A DNA stretch of 64,000 nucleotides from an uncultured delta proteobacterium (GTDB lineage: Bacteria; Desulfobacterota; Binatia; Binatales; Binataceae): the NCBI GenBank assembly GCA_963808235.1, contig CAWEEQ010000004.1, forward strand, positions 1,760,001 to 1,824,000, in the 5' to 3' direction. Positions 1-8,679 of the stretch are shown in pieces (position 1 is the first letter of the stretch; every line of letters begins with the position of its first letter). Under the pieces are notes generated by a model. The model searched no databases and had not been told where the DNA came from. It worked only from the letters and a program-made list of their open reading frames with translations. The translations under genes were made by a program, and so were the position numbers.

Positions 1-999
1 GACCTGCACTCGAAGGTGGACGCTCTTCAAGCCGCGAATGCCACCCTCATCAAGGCCCGGGCCGACTACGGGCGGGAGCAGCAGCTGTACCAACAGCAGG
101 TTATAGCAAAACAGGAGTTCGATTCGTTCCAGCAAGCCTTTTCGGTAGCTCAGGCACAGCAGCAGGAGGCTCAGCACGATGTCGGAATGGTTCGTGCCCA
201 ACTTGGGCTGCCATCCACACCTAAGAACGGCAATCAGCTGAGCGGCATCCCCGCGAATCTCGACCAAACTTATTCAGAGGTCAAGGTTGCCCAGGAGCGA
301 CTCATGCAGACCGCGGCCGAGCTCGGGGTTTTTCATAAATTCAAGGAGACTCCCGACGAGATGCTCGCAGAGTTCTACAAGCGCGACCCGTCCGGCAATA
401 TCGATGTGATCTACGATGAGATTGCCAAGAATGCACCCGACACGAAACAGGCTGAGGCCAAGTTGAAGGAGGCCCAAGCCAATCTCGATCAAGCCAAGCT
501 GAACCTTTCCTATTGCGATGTCGTGGCCGTGATTGACGGTGTCGTGACGCGTCGCAACGTCAACCCAGGCGATCAGGTCATCGCCGGTCAGGGGCTGATG
601 GCGTTGCGATCTCTCACCGACATTTGGATCGACGCCAACTTCAAGGAGACGCAACTAAGGAATCTGCGCATCGGACAACCGGCGGATCTCGACGTCGACA
701 TGTATGGCAGTCATCGGCATTTTCAGGGGCGCGTTTCCGGATTCACGATGGGAACCGGATCTACGCTGGCGCTATTGCCGGCCGAGAATGCGACCGGAAA
801 CTTCGTCAAGGTTGTGCAGCGGCTGCCGGTGCGAATCGATTTGACCAACTACGATCCTGACGTAGCTCCACTGTTCATCGGCCTATCGGTCACTCCGTAC
901 GTGTACATCCACGAGACGCCTACCGGTCCGAACGCCGGCAAGATGCTTCAAGCCTCCGTATCCGGGACTGGTCCCGTTTCCGCGCCCGCCCCTCAATGA
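1..999 (+). CDS. HlyD/EmrA-family efflux periplasmic adaptor (5'-partial)
   Basis: Frame open from base 1; motifs DIWIDANFKETQL and LLPAENATGNFVKVVQRLPVRI are typical of EmrA; ATGA overlap with the downstream DHA2 MFS gene. Confidence 0.92.
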   Translation, partial: DLHSKVDALQAANATLIKARADYGREQQLYQQQVIAKQEFDSFQQAFSVAQAQQQEAQHDVGMVRAQLGLPSTPKNGNQLSGIPANLDQTYSEVKVAQERLMQTAAELGVFHKFKETPDEMLAEFYKRDPSGNIDVIYDEIAKNAPDTKQAEAKLKEAQANLDQAKLNLSYCDVVAVIDGVVTRRNVNPGDQVIAGQGLMALRSLTDIWIDANFKETQLRNLRIGQPADLDVDMYGSHRHFQGRVSGFTMGTGSTLALLPAENATGNFVKVVQRLPVRIDLTNYDPDVAPLFIGLSVTPYVYIHETPTGPNAGKMLQASVSGTGPVSAPAPQ

Positions 1000-2603
1000 G
1001 TGCCGCAACGCTCCAGGTTCCGCTCGCCAGGCGATCGGTCAATCCGTGGCTGATAGCGATCGCCGTGGTGATCCCGACCTTCATGGAGGTCCTGGATACC
1101 ACCATCGCGAATGTTTCCTTGCGTTACATTGCCGGCGGCTTGTCGGCTGCCAATGTCGACAGCGAATGGGTCATCACCGCTTACCTCGCCTCCAATGCGA
1201 TCGTTCTGCCGATTTCCGGATCGCTCGCGCTGCGGCTGGGCAGGCGAAATTATTTCCTGCTCTCGATAGCCATCTTCACGTTGGCGTCTGCTTTGTGCGG
1301 AATGGCCGGAAGCCTTGGTTTCATAATCGCATGTCGAGCGCTTCAGGGTATGGCCGGAGGTGGTCTCCAACCCTCGAGCCAGGCCGTGCTCCTGGATGCG
1401 TTCCCGCAAGAGAAGCAGGGTCAGGCGATGACGATCTTTGGCATGGCGGCACTGCTCGCGCCGGTCGTCGGGCCAACGCTCGGCGGCTATATCACCGACA
1501 CCTACGGCTGGCGTTGGATCTTCTACCTGAACGTGCCGATCGGCGTGTTGGCCTTTTTCATGTGCCGCGCCCTGGTCGAAGATCCGGAATATCTACAAGT
1601 TGAACGGGCAGAGAATCGGAATCGACGGGAACCCTTCGATGTGCTCGGCCTCTGTCTGCTGGCTGTGACCATGGTTTGCTGGGAGGTCATGCTGAGCAAG
1701 GGGCAGCAGTGGGACTGGCTCGGCGACCCGTTCTATCGCGTGCAGACGCTGTTGATCCTGTTCATGCTCGGCCTGGGCGGCTTGATCTATCGCGAATTGC
1801 ACCTGCGCAATCCACTAGTCGCGCTTCGGACGATCGCCGACCGGAACTTTGGCATCTGCTGCCTCATTATTTTCTGCGCTTACGGAGTGCTCTACGCCAA
1901 CACCATTTCGCTTCCCGCTTTGCTGCAGTCACTTTTCGGCTACGACGCAACCACCTCCGGTTTGGTGCTTTCGCCGGCGGGAATCTTTTCGATCGTCATG
2001 CTCGTTATCGTCGGCGCTCTGCTATCTCGCGGCATGGATGCCCGATACCTGATGGCGGGCGCACTACTCACGATGGCGGTGGGAAACTACTGGATGGCAC
2101 TTCTCAACCTGGAGATCGGTCCGTGGCAGGTGGTTTGGCCGCGGGTGGTGCTCATCGCCGGACTTTCGATGCTATTCGCCCCACTTAACGTGGCGGCGTT
2201 CATCTACCTTCCGAAGGAAATTCGCGGCGCTGCCGTGGGATTGCTGGCTCTGCTACGCAACGAGGGTGGCAGTGTGGGGACCTCTGTCGCCCAAATCATT
2301 CAGGAACGGCGCGAGCAGTTTCATACCCTGCGGCTGAATGAAAGCCTCTATCCCCTGAACCCTCCGGTCAACACTCTCCTGGCGCACGGCCAGACCTATT
2401 TTCTGCAGAACAACGGCGATGCTGTATTGTCACATCAAATGGCGTTGGGCGTTCTCGGCCAGATGCGAGAGCAACAGGCGTCGTCATTGGCTTACTTTGA
2501 CGTGTTCTCGTTTTCAGCTGCAGTTGCGGTTCTGTTGGTGGCGTTCGTTCTGCTCATGCGCCGCTCGGTAGCGGAGAAGGGAGCCCATATCGGCGGCGAG
2601 TAA
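996..2603 (+). CDS. DHA2-family (EmrB/QacA) MFS efflux permease
   Basis: FMEVLDTTIANVSL, WVITAYL, GPTLGGYITD, WRWIFYLNVPIG; about 14 hydrophobic segments. Confidence 0.95.
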   Translation: MSAATLQVPLARRSVNPWLIAIAVVIPTFMEVLDTTIANVSLRYIAGGLSAANVDSEWVITAYLASNAIVLPISGSLALRLGRRNYFLLSIAIFTLASALCGMAGSLGFIIACRALQGMAGGGLQPSSQAVLLDAFPQEKQGQAMTIFGMAALLAPVVGPTLGGYITDTYGWRWIFYLNVPIGVLAFFMCRALVEDPEYLQVERAENRNRREPFDVLGLCLLAVTMVCWEVMLSKGQQWDWLGDPFYRVQTLLILFMLGLGGLIYRELHLRNPLVALRTIADRNFGICCLIIFCAYGVLYANTISLPALLQSLFGYDATTSGLVLSPAGIFSIVMLVIVGALLSRGMDARYLMAGALLTMAVGNYWMALLNLEIGPWQVVWPRVVLIAGLSMLFAPLNVAAFIYLPKEIRGAAVGLLALLRNEGGSVGTSVAQIIQERREQFHTLRLNESLYPLNPPVNTLLAHGQTYFLQNNGDAVLSHQMALGVLGQMREQQASSLAYFDVFSFSAAVAVLLVAFVLLMRRSVAEKGAHIGGE

Positions 2604-2666
2604 GCCGGACTGCATCAGGCGCCGTCTGAACTCACGTGATTGCCCGCCGCCCCGCTTTGACGAGCC

Positions 2667-2759
2667 TTACGAAATCCAAAGCGCGGAAGCCACGCCTAAC
2701 AACACCGAGGCTACTGCCATCAAGACGGTCGCGGCTTTGTATAAAAATCGATCGTCCAT
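2667..2759 (-). CDS. Putative 30-aa single-TM small protein (MDDRFLYKAATVLMAVASVLLGVASALWIS)
   Basis: ATG at 2759 preceded by GAAGGA; one hydrophobic helix. Confidence 0.35.
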   Translation of the reverse strand: MDDRFLYKAATVLMAVASVLLGVASALWIS

Positions 2760-2920
2760 ATCGCAATTGTTTCCTTCAGATATTGCCGCTGCCTCTCTCT
2801 GCGGCACATCGAACTCGAGGCTGGAAAAAGCATTTCGTGTGCCGGACTCTTCACCCATCACAGAGCGTGAAAAGTCACCGCACAAATTGTGCGCGATAGC
2901 GATCGCGGCCTGTTAGGGCG

Positions 2921-4036
2921 TTACCGGCCTGAATTTTTTACCTGGACTGGGGTCCCGCTTCGCGCGGACTGGTAGGCTGCTTCGACCAGGCGCTGCGCCG
3001 CGACACCTGCCTCAAACGGCGGGTCCGGTTGGCAGACGCCTTTCAGCGCGGCAACGAAGATCGCGTCTTCGATTGCGTACGGAATCGCGAAGTAGTCTTT
3101 GATCGGGGCGAGGTACGGCCGCTCGCGCAGAATCTTTTCAGTGAATCGCGCCATCACTTCGGTGTCGCTGATCGTTTCCTCGTTGGCGCTCGATCCACGT
3201 TGAAGAATTATCGGACCCAGGGTGTCGAAATCAGACGCCGCGAAGAGATTCTCCGCGAAGATCTCCAGCCGCCGATTGCTCGCGCGTCCGATCATCCGAT
3301 GCCAGATCGAAGTGAGCTGGCCGTGGAAGCCGGCGGCGAATTCAAACTCGGTCGCGCCGAAATCCTCGACTCCGTCGGCGCCGTTCAGATTTCGGACCCG
3401 GCAGAAGAGACTCGCGACCGGCCCGAACATGAAGGTCATCAAGTCGAAATCGTGGACGCTGTGCTCGATCAGCGTGCCGCCCGCGGTCAGCGACGGATCG
3501 TTGCGCCATGCACTGGCGTGAACGCCGCGAGTCGGAAAGTCCTGGTCGTCGCGCATCGTGGCCGAGAGCATCCGGCCGGCGCCGGGCTCGCGGAACATCT
3601 CTGCCATCACGTTGTAGATCGGCGAGAACCGCAGCACGAGGCCGACCTGGCTCGTAACGCCCGACGCTTCGATCGCGGCGGACATCGCAGCAGCGTCCGC
3701 GGCGGACATCGCGAGCGGCTTCTCGCAGAAGATATGCTTGCCCGCGCGCGCGGCGGCGATACAGATCTGCCGATGCATGGCGGTCGGCGTGCATATCCAG
3801 ACCGCGTCGATCGAAGGGTCGGCGATTATTTCCTCGGCCGATTCGAGCGCGCGCGCATCGGGCCATCGCGCCGCGAGTTGCTCTGCCGCGGCATGCGACA
3901 GGTCGGCGACCGAGACCACGCGAACGCTCTGCTCGGTGCGGCTCGCGACGTAGCGGAGCATCATCGAATGCGTCTGGCCGATGAGGCCGGCACCGATTAT
4001 TCCAACCCGAATCTGTCCGCTTACTGCAGCCGCCAT
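2921..4036 (-). CDS. Gfo/Idh/MocA-family oxidoreductase
   Basis: VGIIGAGLIG Rossmann motif, HIFCEKP, GGTLIEHSVHDFD. Confidence 0.93.
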   Translation of the reverse strand: MAAAVSGQIRVGIIGAGLIGQTHSMMLRYVASRTEQSVRVVSVADLSHAAAEQLAARWPDARALESAEEIIADPSIDAVWICTPTAMHRQICIAAARAGKHIFCEKPLAMSAADAAAMSAAIEASGVTSQVGLVLRFSPIYNVMAEMFREPGAGRMLSATMRDDQDFPTRGVHASAWRNDPSLTAGGTLIEHSVHDFDLMTFMFGPVASLFCRVRNLNGADGVEDFGATEFEFAAGFHGQLTSIWHRMIGRASNRRLEIFAENLFAASDFDTLGPIILQRGSSANEETISDTEVMARFTEKILRERPYLAPIKDYFAIPYAIEDAIFVAALKGVCQPDPPFEAGVAAQRLVEAAYQSARSGTPVQVKNSGR

Positions 4037-4197
4037 CAGGAGTTCCCGGATTTTTCTTCGCGGCGAAGTTTTTCCAACTCGCGTTCGCGTTTGTATTTGG
4101 TCGGGTCTTCGATCACGCGCGACGGCGGCGCCATCGGCTTGCGGATTTTGGAGATCAGCCCGCGGGGCTTGCGCGGTTTTGTCGGTCGCTTCGCCAT
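4036..4197 (-). CDS. Small basic protein, 53 aa (MAKRPTKPRKPRGLISKIRKPMAPPSRVIEDPTKYKRERELEKLRREEKSGNS); not in ORF track
   Basis: Fills the gap between pip and the Gfo/Idh/MocA gene; ATG 5 nt after the pip stop; its TGA overlaps the next ATG (TGATG). Confidence 0.7.
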   Translation of the reverse strand: MAKRPTKPRKPRGLISKIRKPMAPPSRVIEDPTKYKRERELEKLRREEKSGNS

Positions 4198-4202
4198 CGT
4201 GA

Positions 4203-5168
4203 TCACTTCGATGCCGCGTATTGATCGGTTGCGCGGATCAATTCTCGCGTGATGCTCGCGTTGGATGCATCGTGCCCCGCATCGTCAACGATCACAAGGT
4301 TGGCGCGCGGCCACGCTCTGCTTAAGTCCCAGGCCCACGCGATCGGCGATTGAAAGTCAAAACGCCCATTGACGATGACGCCCGGAATGTCCGCGAGGCG
4401 ACCCGCGCCGCGCAGCAAGCTTCCGTCTTCGATCCAGGCGTCGTGCAAGACGTAGTGAGTGACGATCCTCGCGAAGCACATCCTGAAAGCGGGATCCTCG
4501 AACCGCGGCGACAATCCGTGCCTCGGCGGCCACGCCGGCGTCGCGGACTCCCAAGTGCACCACGCCATCGCGGCTCGCTCGCGGACCGCGGGGTCGGAGT
4601 CGTGCAACAGTCGATGGACCGCCTCGACTACGTCGGCATCTCGGTCGGCAGTAAGCACTGCTGCGCGCAAACGCTCCCACTCTTCGGGAAACAGGATCGA
4701 GATGCCGCCGCGGAATAGCCAATCGAATTCCTCGCGGCGGCCGGTCGCGACGCCGAACAAAATCAGCTCGCCGACTCGCTCGGGATATTTTTCCGCGTAG
4801 GCGAGCGCGAGCACGCTGCCCCACGATCCGCCGAAGACCATCCATCGATCAATCTCGAGGTGGTGGCGGAGTCGCTCGATGTCCGCGATCAGGTTCGCCG
4901 TGTTGTTGCTCGCGAGATCGGTGTCGGGTGCGCTCGCGTGCGGCGTGCTCCGTCCGCAGTTGCGCTGATCGAAAAGCACCAATAGATACCTGGCTGGATC
5001 AAACAGCCTGCGATGCCACGTCGTGCATCCGGAACCAGGACCCCCGTGGATGACGACGGCGGGCTTACCGTGCGGATTGCCGCAGGTCTCCCAGTACAGG
5101 TGGTTGCCGTCGCCGACCTCGAGCATGCCGTGTCGATAAGGCGCGATCTCTGGATACAGAGACGTCAT
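4203..5168 (-). CDS. pip: Proline iminopeptidase
   Basis: HGGPGSG, FDQRNCGRSTPHA, nucleophile motif GGSWGS, C-terminal GRFD and AGH catalytic residues. Confidence 0.93.
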   Translation of the reverse strand: MTSLYPEIAPYRHGMLEVGDGNHLYWETCGNPHGKPAVVIHGGPGSGCTTWHRRLFDPARYLLVLFDQRNCGRSTPHASAPDTDLASNNTANLIADIERLRHHLEIDRWMVFGGSWGSVLALAYAEKYPERVGELILFGVATGRREEFDWLFRGGISILFPEEWERLRAAVLTADRDADVVEAVHRLLHDSDPAVRERAAMAWCTWESATPAWPPRHGLSPRFEDPAFRMCFARIVTHYVLHDAWIEDGSLLRGAGRLADIPGVIVNGRFDFQSPIAWAWDLSRAWPRANLVIVDDAGHDASNASITRELIRATDQYAASK

Positions 5169-5169
5169 G

Positions 5170-6000
5170 CTAGTCGGTAAAGCCTACGAAGCTCATCTGC
5201 AGGCCGGTGGTCTGGCCGCGAGCGGCACGGCGTGAAAAAAATCGATCGGAGGCGCATCGAGTGCACGGGCCCACCTTGCCGATAGTTGCCGAAATTTCAA
5301 CATTTTCTGCCTTGCCGATAGTTGCCACTAATCCGGCGCGGACGAGCTGGTCGCTCACGATGCCGCGGAGATCGAGGTAGGCCTTGCCGGGCTTCCCCGC
5401 CCGGGTATGATTGCGCGCGCCGACGACTTCGGCGGCGAAGCGGTCGGCGAGGGCGGTATCGACTTCGAAACAGCAAGGTCCGATCGATGGGCCTAGCGCG
5501 ACGTGAAGATCGGAGGCGTGAGCGCCGAGCTTAGTCATCGCGGCGACGCCGGCGGTGGCGATATCGGCGACGATGCCGCGCCATCCGGCGTGGAATGCGC
5601 CTGCGATCTTGCGTTTCGGATCGATCATCAAAATTGGCACGCAGTCGGCGCTGAAGATGCCGAGGATAACGCCCGGCTCCGCGGTGACCATCCCGTCGCC
5701 GCGCGGGCGATCAGCGACGGTCTCGTGAGTGACGACGTGGATTTCATTGCCGTGGACCTGGTTCATGCGTCCAACTGCTCCGAGTTTCAGCGCCGGCACT
5801 TTGCGACGTAGGCGTTCCCAGTTGGAATCGACGCAGGCGGAGTCGTCGCCGACCCAATACGAGAGATTCAGCGAAGCGAACGGACCGCGGCTAACGCCGC
5901 CGGTGCGTCCGAGGAATCCGTGGCATATGGATGCATCGGGGAATGCGCGAAGGATTTCGATCGGGTTCGAGTCGGGTGCTGATTCTGTGTGGAATGCCAA
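5170..6000 (-). CDS. pgeF: PgeF/YfiH (laccase-domain, purine nucleoside phosphorylase-like) protein
   Basis: RTGGVS, QVHG, ADCVPIL, HAGWRG, GPSIGPCCFEV, CTRC...FFSRR. Confidence 0.93.
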   Translation of the reverse strand: MAFHTESAPDSNPIEILRAFPDASICHGFLGRTGGVSRGPFASLNLSYWVGDDSACVDSNWERLRRKVPALKLGAVGRMNQVHGNEIHVVTHETVADRPRGDGMVTAEPGVILGIFSADCVPILMIDPKRKIAGAFHAGWRGIVADIATAGVAAMTKLGAHASDLHVALGPSIGPCCFEVDTALADRFAAEVVGARNHTRAGKPGKAYLDLRGIVSDQLVRAGLVATIGKAENVEISATIGKVGPCTRCASDRFFSRRAARGQTTGLQMSFVGFTD

Positions 6001-6084
6001 GCCAGATAGTCCCGCAGCTAATGTGCGGGTTGTTTCACTGAGTCCAGTATATCCGATGGTTCAGGGCTTTGAAATATGGGGAAG

Positions 6085-6180
6085 TAGGAATCTTAGTCAC
6101 GCCGGCGCGGCTGGCGGCAGGGGTGACCCCTGCACCCAGTGTGAGGACAACGCGAAATGCCGCGGCGGCATTTCGCGGGG
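6085..6180. repeat. Two-hairpin dispersed repeat, copy 1
   Basis: First 53 nt are 51/53 identical to 8190-8242; hairpins GCAGGGG-TGA-CCCCTGC and CGCGAAATGCCG-CGG-CGGCATTTCGCG. Confidence 0.85.
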
Positions 6181-6430
6181 TTTTTACGCTGGTCTAGCTT
6201 TGTCTGCCGCACGCGACGCGCCTATGAGCTGAAATCCCTCGGCGTCTGAAATTCAGCCGGAACCCAGATGACAAAAAAAGGCACGCGCTGGTTTCACCAT
6301 GAGGGCATCTGATCGCGCGTGCCTTCGGCTTTCTCGGGGGAGTGAGTAGCCGACGATGGTTGCGTAGTACTCGTGCGCAGTTGGCGCCATTGTCAGTGCG
6401 TTACGAGCGGAACGATTCTGGACGTTAATC

Positions 6431-6524
6431 GTGCAGGCGATCCGCATCGCGGGGCCGAAAATCCCTGACTAGCTGAAATTCTCTTCGAGCGAGACCAAGG
6501 TCGCCGTATGCGGATCGCCTGCAC
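6431..6524. repeat. Perfect 17-bp inverted repeat enclosing 60 bp
   Basis: GTGCAGGCGATCCGCAT (6431-6447) / ATGCGGATCGCCTGCAC (6508-6524). Confidence 0.8.
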
Positions 6525-6606
6525 TGGGAAAAACCTTAAGGCTCGGGGGATTCGCGGCGTCTGACCATCAAACGGACGAAGGTTTCATGCGTCCGCGGGC
6601 AGTGGG

Positions 6607-6720
6607 TCAGTTCGGCTTTTCGACGATGGTAAGTCTCGCCGCCGTAGCCGCTTTCTCCAAGGCGGCTGCTTGCTCTGATTTCTTCGCGGTCACCTCGGTC
6701 TGTCCGTAATGTGCTTTCAT
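6607..6720 (-). CDS. Putative 37-aa small protein ([37 protein letters not shown])
   Basis: ATG preceded by GAGGA; Ala/Lys/Glu helical composition; not in ORF track. Confidence 0.4.
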   Translation of the reverse strand: MKAHYGQTEVTAKKSEQAAALEKAATAARLTIVEKPN

Positions 6721-6917
6721 CCAGTCCTCGCCTTCGGGACGCTTGTATCAATGATCTTCCGATCCCCGAATCGGAGCGTAAGTACCATTGGCCGCTCGGG
6801 CGTCGCCCGGACGACCATCCGGGGTTGAGCGATCTCGGGTTGTAAAAATTTCTAGCTTCCGAAATTTTGGCTTCTAACCTACGATCGAGCATGAAACCTC
6901 TGCCTGACCCTCTCCTT

Positions 6918-7064
6918 GGACCCTTGCATAACCCTAGCGCGGCTTTCGGAGCAGAGCAGAGTCTTGAATCGCGCGCCAAAAAACGCGCTGTATAAGGTCC
7001 CTCACCTTCAATCCTCTCCCATCGGGAGAGGGGAAGATGGCTCGACCAGTTATGCAAAGCCTTC
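6918..7064. mobile_element. Putative ~145-bp MITE with TTGCATAAC/GTTATGCAA terminal inverted repeats, nested in a CCCTCTCC/GGAGAGGG hairpin repeat
   Basis: TIR cores at 6924-6932 and 7049-7057; outer CCCTCTCC (6908-6915) pairs with GGAGAGGG (7073-7080); internal CCTCTCCC-ATC-GGGAGAGG hairpin at 7013-7031. Confidence 0.6.
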
Positions 7065-7137
7065 TTGAACATGGAGAGGGAGTCAGACTGGGATGGTCGG
7101 GTTAGCGAACGGATGGCGTGGTGTTGTTGGCGTAGAG

Positions 7138-7176
7138 AAAGATCCGGGGTCCCTCGGCTTCGCTCGGGATGACACA
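7138..7176. repeat. REP-like palindromic element (solo copy of the GIY-YIG-associated family)
   Basis: AAAGATCCGGGGTCCCTCGGCTTCGCTCGGGATGACACA; closely matches copies at 43747, 43935 (inverted), 44372 and 44562. Confidence 0.85.
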
Positions 7177-7239
7177 AGGAAAAAGCGGGGAAGAGATCCG
7201 GAGGCGAGGCGAGAAAATCGGTTTCATATCCCCGATTCG

Positions 7240-8031
7240 TTACGGGGCTTTGTAGTTGATCTTTTGCCCGAGGAGCTTGCCCTTGGCGCTGTGGACAGTC
7301 AGGGTCGGGCCCGAGGTTGAAATTATCAGGTTCAGCTTCCCGCCGGCGCCATCGAGCGCGATCTTGGAGGTGTCGGCGCTCGAATCGTAACTGCCACTGA
7401 CCGTAAAATCCGCGGTCGCGCCAGTCGAAGTATCGATCGTCGCCGTGCCCGAGTACTTGTCGCCGTTGGGAGTCAAATCCATCGAGAGCATCCACCCTCC
7501 CGTCGAGTCGGTAGGCAGGTGCAAGACCGGTATCGCACTGCGTTTAAACGTTCCACTTTGGCTGAGGGTCTGCCCGGTCGAAAGGATTGTTATCGTCTCC
7601 GTCCCGGATCCGGTGCCATGGTCCAAATCGGCGGCGGCGCTATCCAGATCGTAATGCAGGTTCGCCGACACGCTCACCTTCACCCCCTTTCCATCCACCG
7701 TTCCTTTGCCCGACATCTTGAGGTTCAATCCGACATGCGGGTCGGCGGATGATCCTTTCACGCTGCCGCCAATACTGGTGATAGCGCCGTCGAGGCCCGA
7801 GACACTGAAATTACCATTGCCAGTCAGCTTGCCGGAGGGTTGTTCAGTGATAGAGAAATTAAGAGCGAAATTGGCAAGGTCGCCCGAATAGCTCCCCGAA
7901 ATATCCCAAAGCGGAACGAGACCGGTGAAATCAAACGAGTAGCTGCCATTGGCCTGGTCCGCGTAGGCCGCCCCCGAGCCCACAACCAGAACAACCGCGG
8001 CCACAAAGGCAACGATCTTAATCGACCTCAT
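7240..8031 (-). CDS. Secreted Gly/Ser/Thr-rich, beta-strand-rich hypothetical protein (263 aa)
   Basis: Signal peptide MRSIKIVAFVAAVVLVVGSGAAYA; start chosen at ATG 8031 after AAAGAG. Confidence 0.8.
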   Translation of the reverse strand: MRSIKIVAFVAAVVLVVGSGAAYADQANGSYSFDFTGLVPLWDISGSYSGDLANFALNFSITEQPSGKLTGNGNFSVSGLDGAITSIGGSVKGSSADPHVGLNLKMSGKGTVDGKGVKVSVSANLHYDLDSAAADLDHGTGSGTETITILSTGQTLSQSGTFKRSAIPVLHLPTDSTGGWMLSMDLTPNGDKYSGTATIDTSTGATADFTVSGSYDSSADTSKIALDGAGGKLNLIISTSGPTLTVHSAKGKLLGQKINYKAP

Positions 8032-8189
8032 CGCGATCTCTTTTGAACCCCCCAACCGATTCTTTTGCAATTCCAGAATCGGCGTTCCAAGCAGGCGTCG
8101 GCGCACGATACTCTCGGCTGCCTAACAAGGCAACCGCTGTCAGCTAACAAGCGGTCACTTAAAGATGGGGGGACGCACGAACAGGAGCT

Positions 8190-8285
8190 TAGGAATCTTA
8201 GCCACGCCTGCGCGGCTGGCGGCAGGGGTGACCCCTGCACCCGGGTTAAGACGAGAAACGACGCGCAGCGCGGCGTTTCTCGGGT
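8190..8285. repeat. Two-hairpin dispersed repeat, copy 2
   Basis: Matches 6085-6180; second hairpin CGAGAAACG..CGTTTCTCG carries compensatory changes. Confidence 0.85.
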
Positions 8286-8401
8286 TAGCGTTGTGGGAAA
8301 GGTGAAGCCTTGCAAAGGTTTCATGGATCGAGTTCAGTTCCTTCCTTTTTCGCGGGTCGGCTTCGCGTGTCCCAAGTGAAGTCGAAGTGTTTTGCGCCGA
8401 G

Positions 8402-8566
8402 AAAGATCCAGGATCTTCGCTTCGCTCAGAACGACACAAAAAAAGAGCGGGCTGGCAAGAGAGAGCATCGCTTCGTCCTTCGAGAATACTCAGGACAGGC
8501 TCCGGTTCCTTCGGCAGGGCTCAGGACAGGCTCTTCGACTCCGGCGGCCTTCGCTCAGGACGACAG
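8402..8566. repeat. Cluster of degenerate REP-like palindromes (CTTCG...CTCAG/GACGACA type)
   Basis: AAAGATCCAGGATCTTCGCTTCGCTCAGAACGACAC; CCTTCG..CTCAGGACAGGCTC twice; CTTCGACTCCGGCGGCCTTCGCTCAGGACGACAG. Confidence 0.7.
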
Positions 8567-8679
8567 AAAAAACGCTCGGGACGACATACGGAAATTCGCG
8601 GTCGGGGAGATTCGGTTGTTCGGTTGGCGCCGGATGACCTATAATTCTGATCTTTGAATTGCGAGGTTTTGGAGCGCCT

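Noticed and set aside
6536-7495. 319-aa minus-strand ORF
   Set aside because: It is a read-through of REP and MITE sequence (CHPERSRG, LPLSRWERIEGEG) and overlaps the real 7240-8031 gene.
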